This document shows positions 47,847-56,142 of a stretch of 60,860 nt of DNA, piece by piece. The DNA comes from Alphaproteobacteria bacterium. Its GTDB lineage: Bacteria > Pseudomonadota > Alphaproteobacteria > UBA8366 > JADFVY01. The stretch covers positions 1 to 60,860 of the forward strand of contig JBFGQV010000003.1 of assembly GCA_041563955.1 (NCBI GenBank), in the 5' to 3' direction. The position numbers and the translations under genes are program-made. The first letter of the stretch is position 1, and each line of letters starts with the position of its first letter. A model generated the notes under the pieces. It was not told the origin of the DNA. It saw only the letters and a list, made by a program, of their open reading frames with translations, and searched no databases.

Positions 47847-48257
47847 ATGATTGCTCGCACAATCCGGCTTGTGTGGTTGGGCGCATGCATGTGCGCCCTA
47901 TCTCCGCTGCCGGCGCCGGCGGCGGAACTCGTGCTGTTCGAGTCGGCGGGCTGCGCGTGGTGCGAGGCCTGGGATGCGGAAATCGGTGCGATCTATCCGA
48001 AGGCCGCGGAATCAAGGATTGCGCCGTTGCGTCGCGTCGACATCCATACCGGGCGGCCGCCCGACCTCGCTGTCATACGGGGCATCGTCTATACGCCGAC
48101 ATTCGTGCTGATGGACAATGGCGAAGAAGTCGGGCGCATCATCGGATATGCGGGCGAAGAGTTCTTTTGGGGCCTGTTGGAAATCGAACTGCGAAAGCTG
48201 GGCAAGCGGAATTCGACTGTGGCCGGCACCCCCGGCGCCGGGCAGCAGACCCGCTAG
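47847..48257 (+). CDS. Small periplasmic thioredoxin-fold protein (SoxS-like)
   Basis: 136 aa with a signal peptide and the CxxC motif GCAWCEAW. Divergent from soxX, as soxS is in Paracoccus-type loci (from memory). Confidence 0.6.
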   Translation: MIARTIRLVWLGACMCALSPLPAPAAELVLFESAGCAWCEAWDAEIGAIYPKAAESRIAPLRRVDIHTGRPPDLAVIRGIVYTPTFVLMDNGEEVGRIIGYAGEEFFWGLLEIELRKLGKRNSTVAGTPGAGQQTR

Positions 48258-48267
48258 ATCAGGGAGA

Positions 48268-48771
48268 ATGAAGATGAAGAAGCTTGCGCTTGCCGCTGTA
48301 ATTCTCGGGATGTCCGGCCAAGGGGCCGTCGCCCAGGACGACGCCCTGGTGACCTTGAAGGTGATGTCGCCCGAAACCGCCCTGTCGCTTGCCCAGGCCG
48401 CGCTGAAGGACTGCCGGGGCCGCGGATATCAGATCGCCGTCGCCGTCGTCGACCGGTTTGGCAACCTGCAGGTCCTGCTGCGTGACCGGTTCGCCGGACC
48501 GCACACACCCGAGACCGCCCGCCGCAAGGCCTGGACCGCGGTCAGCTTTCGCACCGACACGTTGAGCATGGTCGAGTTCACCGAGGCCGGCAAGGAAGCG
48601 TCGGGGGTGCGGTTCGTCGACCAGGCGCTGATGGTCGGCGGCGGCGTGACCGTCGAGGCGGCGGGCTCGATCGTCGGCGGGATCGGGGTTTCCGGTGCGC
48701 CCGGTGGCGCGGCCGACGACGAGTGTGCCCGGGTCGGCATCGCGGCGATACAGGAGGCTCTCGAATTCTGA
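48268..48771 (+). CDS. GlcG/HbpS-like (DUF336) putative haem-binding protein, secreted
   Basis: 167 aa from ATG 48268 (RBS AGGGAGA) with signal peptide MKMKKLALAAVILGMSG. GGGVTVEAAGSIVGGIGVSGAPGG..DDECA motif of DUF336. Confidence 0.75.
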   Translation: MKMKKLALAAVILGMSGQGAVAQDDALVTLKVMSPETALSLAQAALKDCRGRGYQIAVAVVDRFGNLQVLLRDRFAGPHTPETARRKAWTAVSFRTDTLSMVEFTEAGKEASGVRFVDQALMVGGGVTVEAAGSIVGGIGVSGAPGGAADDECARVGIAAIQEALEF

Positions 48772-48801
48772 ATCGGTCGAGGCGTGACAGCAAAACGATT
48801 A

Positions 48802-48842
48802 ACTGATTATATGCGAAATTCGTGATATAATGCAGAATCAGT
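48802..48842. promoter_or_regulatory. Inverted repeat ACTGATT-N27-AATCAGT enclosing TATAAT (48826-48831), upstream of the ArsR-type gene
   Basis: Read directly from the sequence. It shares the TGATT/AATCA half-site with the 47698-47720 repeat. Confidence 0.4.
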
Positions 48843-49022
48843 GATTACGAAGGCAGCGCGGCCGGTTGGCGAAGTGGGCCGATCGCCGCGGCAAGTCATA
48901 GCGGGTCGCCGGGCGGCCCAGAGTCGCGGGTTCGGTCGCGTGGACAAGGCGCGGTCGGTGCCGCGCGAGGGCTGGCGGGAGAGACCATTCACGGCTGCAG
49001 CCGGAGCAAACGGGAGGGCCAG

Positions 49023-49394
49023 GTGGACGTACACTCCATAGGGGAAAAGAGGGATTTTGTAGCCTTGTGGGAAAATGCCGGCGAAGCGAACATGCTGTTG
49101 CGGGCGATGGCGAATGAAAACCGGCTGATGATCCTTTGCCTGCTGGCGGCGGGCGAACGCTCCGTCGGCGAGATCGAAGCGACGACCGGCGCGCGCCAGC
49201 CCACCGTCTCGCAGCAGCTCGCCAGGCTGCGCGCGGACGGATTGGTCGAGTCGCGGCGCGACGGCAAGACGATCTATTATTCGCTGATATGCCCGCGCAT
49301 CCGTCGCATTCTCGAGTTGCTCGACCAGTTCTGCGGCGCGGAAGACGGCGCCTCTGAGGCCGGCGCGGGAAGCGAGGTGGTGCGCCGCGGCTGA
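49023..49394 (+). CDS. soxR: ArsR/SmtB-family transcriptional repressor (SoxR-like by context)
   Basis: 123 aa (GTG start; the internal ATG at MLLRAMANENR is also possible). Winged HTH RLMILCLLAAGERSVGEIEATTGARQPTVSQQLARLRADGLV. Confidence 0.75.
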   Translation: MDVHSIGEKRDFVALWENAGEANMLLRAMANENRLMILCLLAAGERSVGEIEATTGARQPTVSQQLARLRADGLVESRRDGKTIYYSLICPRIRRILELLDQFCGAEDGASEAGAGSEVVRRG

Positions 49395-49431
49395 GCGGCC
49401 GTGGAACGGGGGGTGCCCGCGCCCGCCGGGT

Positions 49432-50010
49432 TTAGCCCGAGGCCTGCCGCTTGGGCGGCAGGATGAATCCCGATACCGGATAGTCGTGCTTGCCGAACAC
49501 GCTGCCCGGCGTGTACCAGACGCGCACGGCCGACCAGTCGTTGTTGCGCGAGACGTCGCGGATCGGCGTGTCCAGGTGGATCCGTCCCTTGTTGAGCCAG
49601 TTGGCGTGGCGCGCGATGATCTCGCGGTCGCTGACGATCTCCGTGACCACGGCGAGGTGGCCGTAGCGATTGCGCCGCGTCTTGCTGAATACAATGACCG
49701 ACCCGACGGCCGGGCGCGTCGAACGCTGGTAGCGGCCGGCTGCCTGTTGCCACCAGGTCCAGGCGTCGCCGCGGATGGCGATGCCGGACTGCTCTCGGGC
49801 ATAGGGAACGCATTGCAGCCGGCGCGCCGGCGTGACGATGCGGGGGCTGGAAGCGGTCGCCGGTTGCACCGCGGGCGGTGCGGTCGTGGCTGTCGTGACC
49901 GGCGGCGTGCGGGGCACATTGGCTGCGGCGATGCGCTCGCTGGTCGACGGGCCGCAGCCCGCCAGAACGCTCAGCATCATGACGATGCCGGGGATAACGG
50001 TTCGGTTCAT
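49432..50010 (-). CDS. CHAP-domain lipoprotein (cell-wall amidase/peptidase family)
   Basis: 192 aa. Lipobox LSVLAGC. Catalytic Cys context CVPYARE and the downstream GHLAVV His, typical of CHAP. Confidence 0.7.
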   Translation of the reverse strand: MNRTVIPGIVMMLSVLAGCGPSTSERIAAANVPRTPPVTTATTAPPAVQPATASSPRIVTPARRLQCVPYAREQSGIAIRGDAWTWWQQAAGRYQRSTRPAVGSVIVFSKTRRNRYGHLAVVTEIVSDREIIARHANWLNKGRIHLDTPIRDVSRNNDWSAVRVWYTPGSVFGKHDYPVSGFILPPKRQASG

Positions 50011-50079
50011 GCCAAACTCCTTCTTACCCCCCGGTTGGTGCCTCTCCCGGTCGCAATATCAAGGGTAATCGGCGACGGT

Positions 50080-50118
50080 AAACAAAACGTAAGGGCCGCC
50101 GACGGACGCCGGCGGCCC
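50080..50118 (-). terminator. Rho-independent terminator after the PotD-like gene (minus strand)
   Basis: Perfect 9-bp stem GGGCCGCCG / CGGCGGCCC with an 8-nt loop. On the minus strand it is followed by TTACGTTTTGTTT. Confidence 0.7.
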
Positions 50119-50140
50119 TTCCCCGTTGTTCCATATCGCG

Positions 50141-51208
50141 TCAAGCCGCCTGGATCCGCGTCCAGGCGTCGTCGTACAGCCGCTGCGCATCGCCGATCTC
50201 GATCAGCGAATCGCACTTGGCCACGACCTCGTCCGGCGGATAGATCGCCGGGTTCTCGAGGTCGGCCCTGGCCACCAGCTTGCGGGCGGGCTTGTTGCTG
50301 GTCGCATAGTGAATGGTGTTGGCGATCTCGGCGTTGACCACCGGGTCGTGCAGGTGATCGATGAAGGCGTACGCGTTGTCGACGTTGGGCGCGCCCTTCG
50401 GGATGCAGACGCCGTCGATCCACACCAGGCTGCCCTCGTCGGGCAGCACGTAGGAGAGCTCGCTGTCCTCCGCCATCACCTTGAGGATGTCGCCGTTCCA
50501 CTCCATTGCCAGGTCGACGTCACCGGACACCAGCATATCCTGGCCGCTGTCGGGGGCGAACGCCTTGACGTGCTTCTTCTGCCGCATCAGCAGGTCGCGC
50601 GCGGCGGCGATGTGGGCCGGGTCGGTGCTGTTCATCGGGTGCCCCAGATAGAGCAGGGTGATACCCATCACGATCCGCGAATCGGCCATCAGCGCGATGC
50701 GCCCGGTATGGGTCGCATCGTCGAGCAGCGGTTTCCAGCTGCGCAGGTTCTTGACCCTTGTGGTCCGGTAGCCGACCCCGACCGTGCCCCAGAAATACGG
50801 CACGTTGTACCTGCAGCCGGGGTCGAAGCTCGGATCGCGGAAGTTCGCGTCGATGTTCTCCCAGTTGGCCAGCCGCGCCTTGTCGATCGGCAGCAGCATC
50901 TCGGTCTTGATCATCGTCTCGATCATGTAGTCGCTCGGGAAGATGACGTCGTAGCCCGGATTGCCCGTCTTGAACTTGGCGAACATGTCGTCGAGATTGG
51001 CGTAGAGGTCGTAACGAACCTCGACGCCGGTCTTCTTCGAGAACGTGGCGAGCGTCGTCTCGCCGATATAGGTATCCCAGTTGTAGACGTTGACCTGCTT
51101 GCTGGCGGCCCGGGCGGCGCCGCCGAAGCTGATCGCCATGGCGGCCGCGCCGCTGGCCTTGAGGAAATTGCGGCGGCTGTATAGCCAGTCCGCTGCCGAT
51201 GCTTTCAT
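50141..51208 (-). CDS. Polyamine (spermidine/putrescine)-type ABC substrate-binding protein, orphan
   Basis: 355 aa from the internal ATG (MKASAADWLYSRRNFLKASGAAAMA, Tat-like). VNVYNWDTYIGE and the PotD/PotF-like pattern. No cognate permease or ATPase genes are adjacent. Confidence 0.75.
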   Translation of the reverse strand: MKASAADWLYSRRNFLKASGAAAMAISFGGAARAASKQVNVYNWDTYIGETTLATFSKKTGVEVRYDLYANLDDMFAKFKTGNPGYDVIFPSDYMIETMIKTEMLLPIDKARLANWENIDANFRDPSFDPGCRYNVPYFWGTVGVGYRTTRVKNLRSWKPLLDDATHTGRIALMADSRIVMGITLLYLGHPMNSTDPAHIAAARDLLMRQKKHVKAFAPDSGQDMLVSGDVDLAMEWNGDILKVMAEDSELSYVLPDEGSLVWIDGVCIPKGAPNVDNAYAFIDHLHDPVVNAEIANTIHYATSNKPARKLVARADLENPAIYPPDEVVAKCDSLIEIGDAQRLYDDAWTRIQAA

Positions 51209-51420
51209 GGTCGTTGCACTCCCTGTCGCTGTCTTTTGAGCTGTCCGCTGTCCCGCACGGACCCTGCGCCGATTATGCCCGATGCCGGGGGCGGCGCAAA
51301 GCGGCTCGTCGCCGCCGGTCGGTGCGATGTTCGCTGCGACCGTCTGGCCATTGCCGCGGCCGCCGCGTTGCGGCATAGTCGGGCCGCACCGGGTCACCGA
51401 CGACTGAAAAGGCCAGGAGA

Positions 51421-51837
51421 ATGACGTTCAACCGCGCTCCCGTCGAGCCGCTGCCGGTCTCGCCGGCGCTGGACAAGCGCGCCGGCAGTTACCGGATCCG
51501 CATCACCGATCTGGTGCTGCCGGCCCGCATCGGCGTCTACGATCGCGAGAAACAGGCGCCGCAGCGGGTGCGCATCAATGTCGATCTGACGATCGGCGGG
51601 CACGGGCGGCCGCTCGACGACGACATCGCCAACGTCGTCTCCTACGAGGACATCCTTGGCGGCATTCGCGCGATTCTCGGGCGCGGCCACATCAACCTCG
51701 TCGAGACCCTGGCCGAGGATATCGCGTCGCTGTGCCTCGATGACCGCCGAGTGGCCGAGGTCCGGGTCGCGGTCGACAAGCTCGACGTCGAGCCGGATGC
51801 CGCCGCCGTCGGCGTCGAGATCGAACGCGCCCGCTGA
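51421..51837 (+). CDS. folB: Dihydroneopterin aldolase family protein
   Basis: 138 aa. IRITDLVLPARIGVYDREKQAPQRVRINVDL and VSYEDI, the typical FolB fold pattern. Confidence 0.75.
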   Translation: MTFNRAPVEPLPVSPALDKRAGSYRIRITDLVLPARIGVYDREKQAPQRVRINVDLTIGGHGRPLDDDIANVVSYEDILGGIRAILGRGHINLVETLAEDIASLCLDDRRVAEVRVAVDKLDVEPDAAAVGVEIERAR

Positions 51838-51869
51838 CGGCGGGTCGCGACGGGCAGGGAGCGAGGCCG

Positions 51870-52340
51870 ATGGCCGACGATGCCGACGGCGGCCGGCGGT
51901 TCGCGGAACGCGTCGCCGCCGGCATGTACGCGCGGGACAACGCCGCGCGCAGCTGGGGCGTCGAGATCACGGAGATCCGGCCGCATTACGCGGTCGCCCG
52001 CATGACGGTGCGCGACGACATGCTGAACAGCCACGGCGTGTGCCATGGCGCGATGCTGTTCGCCCTCGCCGACACCGCCTTCGCCTACGCCTCGAACAGC
52101 GAGAACCAGGCGACCCTGGCCAATGCCTGCAGCATTACCTTTACCGCGGCGGTGCCGGCCGGCGCCGTGCTGACTGCGGCGGCCGAGCGGCGCAGTCGCG
52201 GCCGGCGCACCGGCGTCTACGACGTCACCGTGACCGACGGCAGCGGCGCGGTGGTCGCGCTGTTCCGCGGCAATTCCTATGAGGTCCGAGGCGAATCGGC
52301 ACCGGGCCTTGTCGGCGCGCCGGACACTGCCGAGGACTGA
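51870..52340 (+). CDS. paaI: Hotdog-fold acyl-CoA thioesterase (PaaI-type, hydroxyphenylacetyl-CoA thioesterase)
   Basis: 156 aa. N..G..HGGA-like block NSHGVCHGAMLFALADTAFAYA and a position immediately upstream of paaK. Confidence 0.75.
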   Translation: MADDADGGRRFAERVAAGMYARDNAARSWGVEITEIRPHYAVARMTVRDDMLNSHGVCHGAMLFALADTAFAYASNSENQATLANACSITFTAAVPAGAVLTAAAERRSRGRRTGVYDVTVTDGSGAVVALFRGNSYEVRGESAPGLVGAPDTAED

Positions 52341-52436
52341 CGCAAGCTGCGACGAGGCGCCCGTTGCGGCATTAAGCGCTTCGTGCTTGAATGCCCATAA
52401 CCACAAGAACAGTAGGACTTTTGTCCGGGGGACAGG

Positions 52437-53756
52437 ATGACAAGCATGCCGCAGCCGCTCGACCGGCGCGACCTCGACCCGATCGAAATTGCCAGCCGTG
52501 ACGAGATCGCGACCCTGCAGCTTCAGCGGCTGAAATGGTCGGTCAATCATGCCCATGCCAACGTGCCGCACTACAGGGCGGCGTTCGAGGCCGCCGGCGT
52601 GCATCCGGACGACCTGAAGGATCTGTTCGACCTCGCCAGATTCCCGTTCACCGCCAAGGACGATCTGCGCGCCAACTACCCGTTCGGAATGTTCGCGGTG
52701 CCGCGCGAGCAGGTGGTGCGCGTGCACGCCTCGAGCGGCACCACCGGCAAGCCGACCGTCGTCGGCTATACCCGCAACGACATCGATCTGTGGGCCGACC
52801 TCATGGCGCGCTCGACGCGTGCCGCCGGCGGCCGCCCCGGCGACGTCGTGCACGTCTCCTACGGCTACGGCCTGTTCACCGGCGGGCTCGGTGCCCATTA
52901 CGGGGCCGAGAGGCTGGGCTGCACGGTGATTCCGGTGTCCGGCGGCATGACCGAACGCCAGGTCCAGCTGATCGAGGATTTCGGTGCCAGCATCATCATG
53001 GTCACCCCGTCCTACATGCTGGCCATTGCCGACGAATACAAACGCCAGAGACTGGACCCCCGCAAGTCGCCGCTGCGCGTCGGCATGCACGGGGCCGAGC
53101 CGTGGACCCAGGCAATGCGCGCCGAGATCGAAGAGACGTTCGACATGGACGCGCTCGACCTGTACGGCCTATCGGAGGTCATCGGCCCGGGCGTCGCCTG
53201 CGAGTGCATCGAGACCAAGGACGGGCTGCACCTGTGGGAGGACCATTTCTATCCCGAGGTGGTCGATCCCGAGACCGGCGCGGTGCTGCCGGATGGCGAG
53301 ATGGGCGAGCTGGTCTTCACCTCGCTCACCAAGGAGGCGTTCCCGATCATCCGCTATCGCACGCGCGACCTGACGCGCCTGCTGCCCGGCACGGCGCGCA
53401 GCATGCGCCGGATGGCGAAGGTCACCGGCCGCTCCGACGACATGATGATCGTGCGCGGCGTCAACGTCTTCCCCTCTCAGATCGAGGAGCAGATCCTGAA
53501 GGACGAGCGGCTGTCGCCGCACTATGTGCTGGAGCTGTCGAGCAAGGGGCGGTTGGATGCGCTGACCGTGGTCGTCGAGCCGCGGCCCGGGCGGCCGATG
53601 GACGGCGATGAATCGGTCGAGGCGTCGGGTCGGCTGGCCGAGACTGTGCGCGCGTTCACCGGCGTCCATGTCGACGTGCGGCTGGTGCCCGCCGGCGGCA
53701 TCGAACGCTCCATGGGCAAGGCCAAGCGCATCGTCGACCTGCGCGACAAGGGCTAG
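52437..53756 (+). CDS. paaK: Phenylacetate-CoA ligase
   Basis: 439 aa. HASSGTTGKPTVVGYT AMP-binding motif, with YGLSE and TGRSDDMMIVRGVNVFP, typical of PaaK. Confidence 0.88.
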   Translation: MTSMPQPLDRRDLDPIEIASRDEIATLQLQRLKWSVNHAHANVPHYRAAFEAAGVHPDDLKDLFDLARFPFTAKDDLRANYPFGMFAVPREQVVRVHASSGTTGKPTVVGYTRNDIDLWADLMARSTRAAGGRPGDVVHVSYGYGLFTGGLGAHYGAERLGCTVIPVSGGMTERQVQLIEDFGASIIMVTPSYMLAIADEYKRQRLDPRKSPLRVGMHGAEPWTQAMRAEIEETFDMDALDLYGLSEVIGPGVACECIETKDGLHLWEDHFYPEVVDPETGAVLPDGEMGELVFTSLTKEAFPIIRYRTRDLTRLLPGTARSMRRMAKVTGRSDDMMIVRGVNVFPSQIEEQILKDERLSPHYVLELSSKGRLDALTVVVEPRPGRPMDGDESVEASGRLAETVRAFTGVHVDVRLVPAGGIERSMGKAKRIVDLRDKG

Positions 53757-53777
53757 GGGCGGCGAGGCAGCCAGGCC

Positions 53778-55739
53778 TCAGAGCTCGTCCTCGGCCACCA
53801 CCACCAGGGCGTCGTCCGCGGTCAGGGTGTAGGTGGCGTTCTTGTCCGGCACCAGGCGGACGCCGAAGTTCTCCTCGATGTCCCCGGCCGCGCGCGCCTC
53901 GCGCACGCCGATGCAGATCTCCCGGCGCTTGTTGGCGATCGCCAGCAGGTCGGCGAAGCGCACCTCCAGCGGCAGGGTCTCGAAATACAGCGAGGCGGGC
54001 TTGAGGTAGATCTCCGACCCGCTCTCCTCGAACAGGTTGTCGTAGACGTCCTTGATGTCCGGCTCCTCGCTGATCTGCGCGAGGATGTTGCTGACGAGCC
54101 TGTTGGAGATGATGAAGTCGTTCACACCCGCTTTGGAGACCAGCTCCTGGTTGTCGGAGTCCATCACCTCGGTGATCAGCGCGGTGCGCGCCGCCTCGTC
54201 GGGATGTGCCTTGAAGATGGTCCGCAGCAGCAGCAGGATGATGATGGTGTCCGAATCGGTCTTCTCGGAGTCGCCGTTCGCGCCGCCCTGGCTGAGGATG
54301 ACGATGTTGTCGTAGGTAAACGGCTTCAGAGCCACGAGCACTTCGTTCGACAGCGGGTTGGCGTCGAACAGGTGCACCGACAGCTTGCCGAGCTCCTGCC
54401 GCAAGGCCTGCACCTGCCGGGTGACATCGTCCGACGGGCCGTCGACGACGACGTCGATGACCGATTCGTCGCGCACATAGTCGGCGAGCTCCTGCACGAA
54501 GATCAGCGCCTTGCGGTTCCAGCCGAGGATCAGGTTGCGCTCGCGCCGCGGCTCGAGCCGCCCTTCGCGCAGCGGATGGTCGGCCGGCGTCGCTACCGGC
54601 TTGCGGCGCAGCTTGATGGTCGAATCGTCCTGGGCGAGGATCAGGATCTCGTCGCCGTCCCGCATCTGCGTGTCGGGGTCGGGGTTGACGACGATCTCGC
54701 CGTCCGGCCGGCGGATCCCCATCGGCACCCCGTCGGCGAACCGGTACTGCAGCTCCGAGAACCGGGCGCCGCGCCAGTCGGCGGCGTGGAAATACATTTC
54801 CGAGCGGTCGAAGGAGAGGATCTCGTTGTAGACCATGGCAAGGCCGCTGGTCCGCGAGGTTTGCACCAGGATCTTGGCGAGGATTTCCTCGGTATCGACC
54901 GCACGCACCTCGTCGGGGGCGATCTGCTCGACAATGCGCCGGTTCCTTGCGTCGAAGATCTCGGCGACGATGTTGTGGCGCTTGCCCTCGGGCTTGGCGG
55001 CGACGACGGCGAGCACCGTTTTGATCACCCGCGAGTCGCTCGCCGCCTTGTCCTCCGCCGGCGCCGAATCGGCGCAGCCGGCGAGCACGATGATCGACTT
55101 GCAGTCCTCGGCCGTCACGCGGTCGAGGTTGGTGAGCAGCGAGGTGTTGCCGGAGCGCGTGATGACGCGGGTATTCCGCGTGCCGGGAACGCGGTTGCGC
55201 AGCGTCTCGTCCATCTCCTCCTTGTCCAGTTCGGAGAGGATGACGATGGCCGGGTTACGCTCGCTCTCGTTGGCCATGACCAGTTCGCGGATGATCTCGA
55301 CGACGCGCTCGTTCCAGCCGAGGATCAGCGTGTGGCCGGACTCCACAACCTTGGAATGGCCCTGCCTGAGATCGCTGAGCTTCTGGTCCAGCGCGGTCGT
55401 GATCACGGCGATCAGCATCGACAACAGGATCACCCCGGACAGCCCGGCGAGCACGGCCGGGAATTTGTACTCCGTGGGGGTGGACAGGTCCTGCGCCATG
55501 TTGCCCGGGTCGGTGAGCTGCAGGAAGGTGACGTAGAGGTTCTGCAGCAGATCGTCGCCCGGCGCCGCGCCGTCGGGATACAAAAGGAAGACCAGGGCGC
55601 GCAGCCCGCCGATCACCAGCAGCAGCACCACGAAGGCGACGACGAGGCTGAAGAAGACGGACATGCCGCCCTTCGAGATGAAATTGTCGAACCGGTAGCG
55701 CAGGATCTGCGTGAAGCGTGCGTTCGTCATGCGATGCAT
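53778..55739 (-). CDS. CASTOR/POLLUX-related putative cation channel with tandem RCK/TrkA-like domains
   Basis: About 653 aa from MHRMTNARF (55739) or MTNARF (55730). N-terminal TM and pore-like region (LYVTFLQLTDPGNM) followed by two NAD-binding-like RCK domains (HTLILGWNERV..., NLILGWNRKA...). Confidence 0.7.
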   Translation of the reverse strand: MHRMTNARFTQILRYRFDNFISKGGMSVFFSLVVAFVVLLLVIGGLRALVFLLYPDGAAPGDDLLQNLYVTFLQLTDPGNMAQDLSTPTEYKFPAVLAGLSGVILLSMLIAVITTALDQKLSDLRQGHSKVVESGHTLILGWNERVVEIIRELVMANESERNPAIVILSELDKEEMDETLRNRVPGTRNTRVITRSGNTSLLTNLDRVTAEDCKSIIVLAGCADSAPAEDKAASDSRVIKTVLAVVAAKPEGKRHNIVAEIFDARNRRIVEQIAPDEVRAVDTEEILAKILVQTSRTSGLAMVYNEILSFDRSEMYFHAADWRGARFSELQYRFADGVPMGIRRPDGEIVVNPDPDTQMRDGDEILILAQDDSTIKLRRKPVATPADHPLREGRLEPRRERNLILGWNRKALIFVQELADYVRDESVIDVVVDGPSDDVTRQVQALRQELGKLSVHLFDANPLSNEVLVALKPFTYDNIVILSQGGANGDSEKTDSDTIIILLLLRTIFKAHPDEAARTALITEVMDSDNQELVSKAGVNDFIISNRLVSNILAQISEEPDIKDVYDNLFEESGSEIYLKPASLYFETLPLEVRFADLLAIANKRREICIGVREARAAGDIEENFGVRLVPDKNATYTLTADDALVVVAEDEL

Positions 55740-55860
55740 TCCGCCCGGAACCGGGGCCTGTCGTTGCGACGCGGGTCTGCAGGGTTCGGTGCTCTCCCGC
55801 CCGCCATTTGACAGCCAAGGGATTAAGCAAAGGTGAGCGCCGGGTGATTTTCTTGCCCCT

Positions 55861-55919
55861 GGCCCGCGCGGTCGCGCCGCGCGGAACGAGCCCATGCGTT
55901 AGGGTTTTCTGCGGGTTTC
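55861..55919 (+). repeat. Copy 2 of the approximately 55-nt intergenic repeat (see 25207-25262)
   Basis: ggcccgcgcggtcgcgccgcgcggaacgagcccatgcgttagggttttctgcgggtttc. The 42-nt core matches copy 1 (reverse complement) at 41/42. A shorter related stretch, TTAGGGTTTTCGGGTTCAAGG, occurs at 38355-38375. Confidence 0.8.
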
Positions 55920-56095
55920 AGGCCAATGTCATGGAAAGCTGTAGCGCCCGTCGTGACGGCGACCAAGCCGGCGCCCGCCGGAGGGCGACGTCCGCCTCGG
56001 GGCGGGGCGGATGCCCGCACGCGACCGGACGATCTGCCAGTCCGGTCGCACGAAATCCGCAGCCGCGGGAAACCACCAATTTGAGACAAATCCGC

Positions 56096-56111
56096 TGGCA
56101 CGCTTGTTGCT
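56096..56111 (+). promoter_or_regulatory. Sigma-54 (RpoN) -24/-12 promoter TGGCAC-gcttg-TTGCT
   Basis: Exact match to the TGGCAC-N5-TTGC(A/T) consensus with correct GG-GC spacing, 32-41 nt upstream of the GTG (56143) and ATG (56152) of the next gene. Confidence 0.55.
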
Positions 56112-56142
56112 TGGCACATGCCATTCGTTTTTTGCGGAATAG

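Noticed and set aside
48841-49041. A 66-aa ORF starting at a GTG right after the putative promoter upstream of the ArsR-type gene
   Set aside because: It has no RBS and an Arg/Gly/Ala-rich composition, and it overlaps the regulator start. It is more likely part of a long 5' UTR, although this cannot be excluded without expression data.
55884-55900. GGAAC...CGTT inside the conserved repeat as an ECF/EcfG-type sigma promoter
   Set aside because: The spacer between GGAAC and CGTT is only 9 nt, against the required 16-17 nt.
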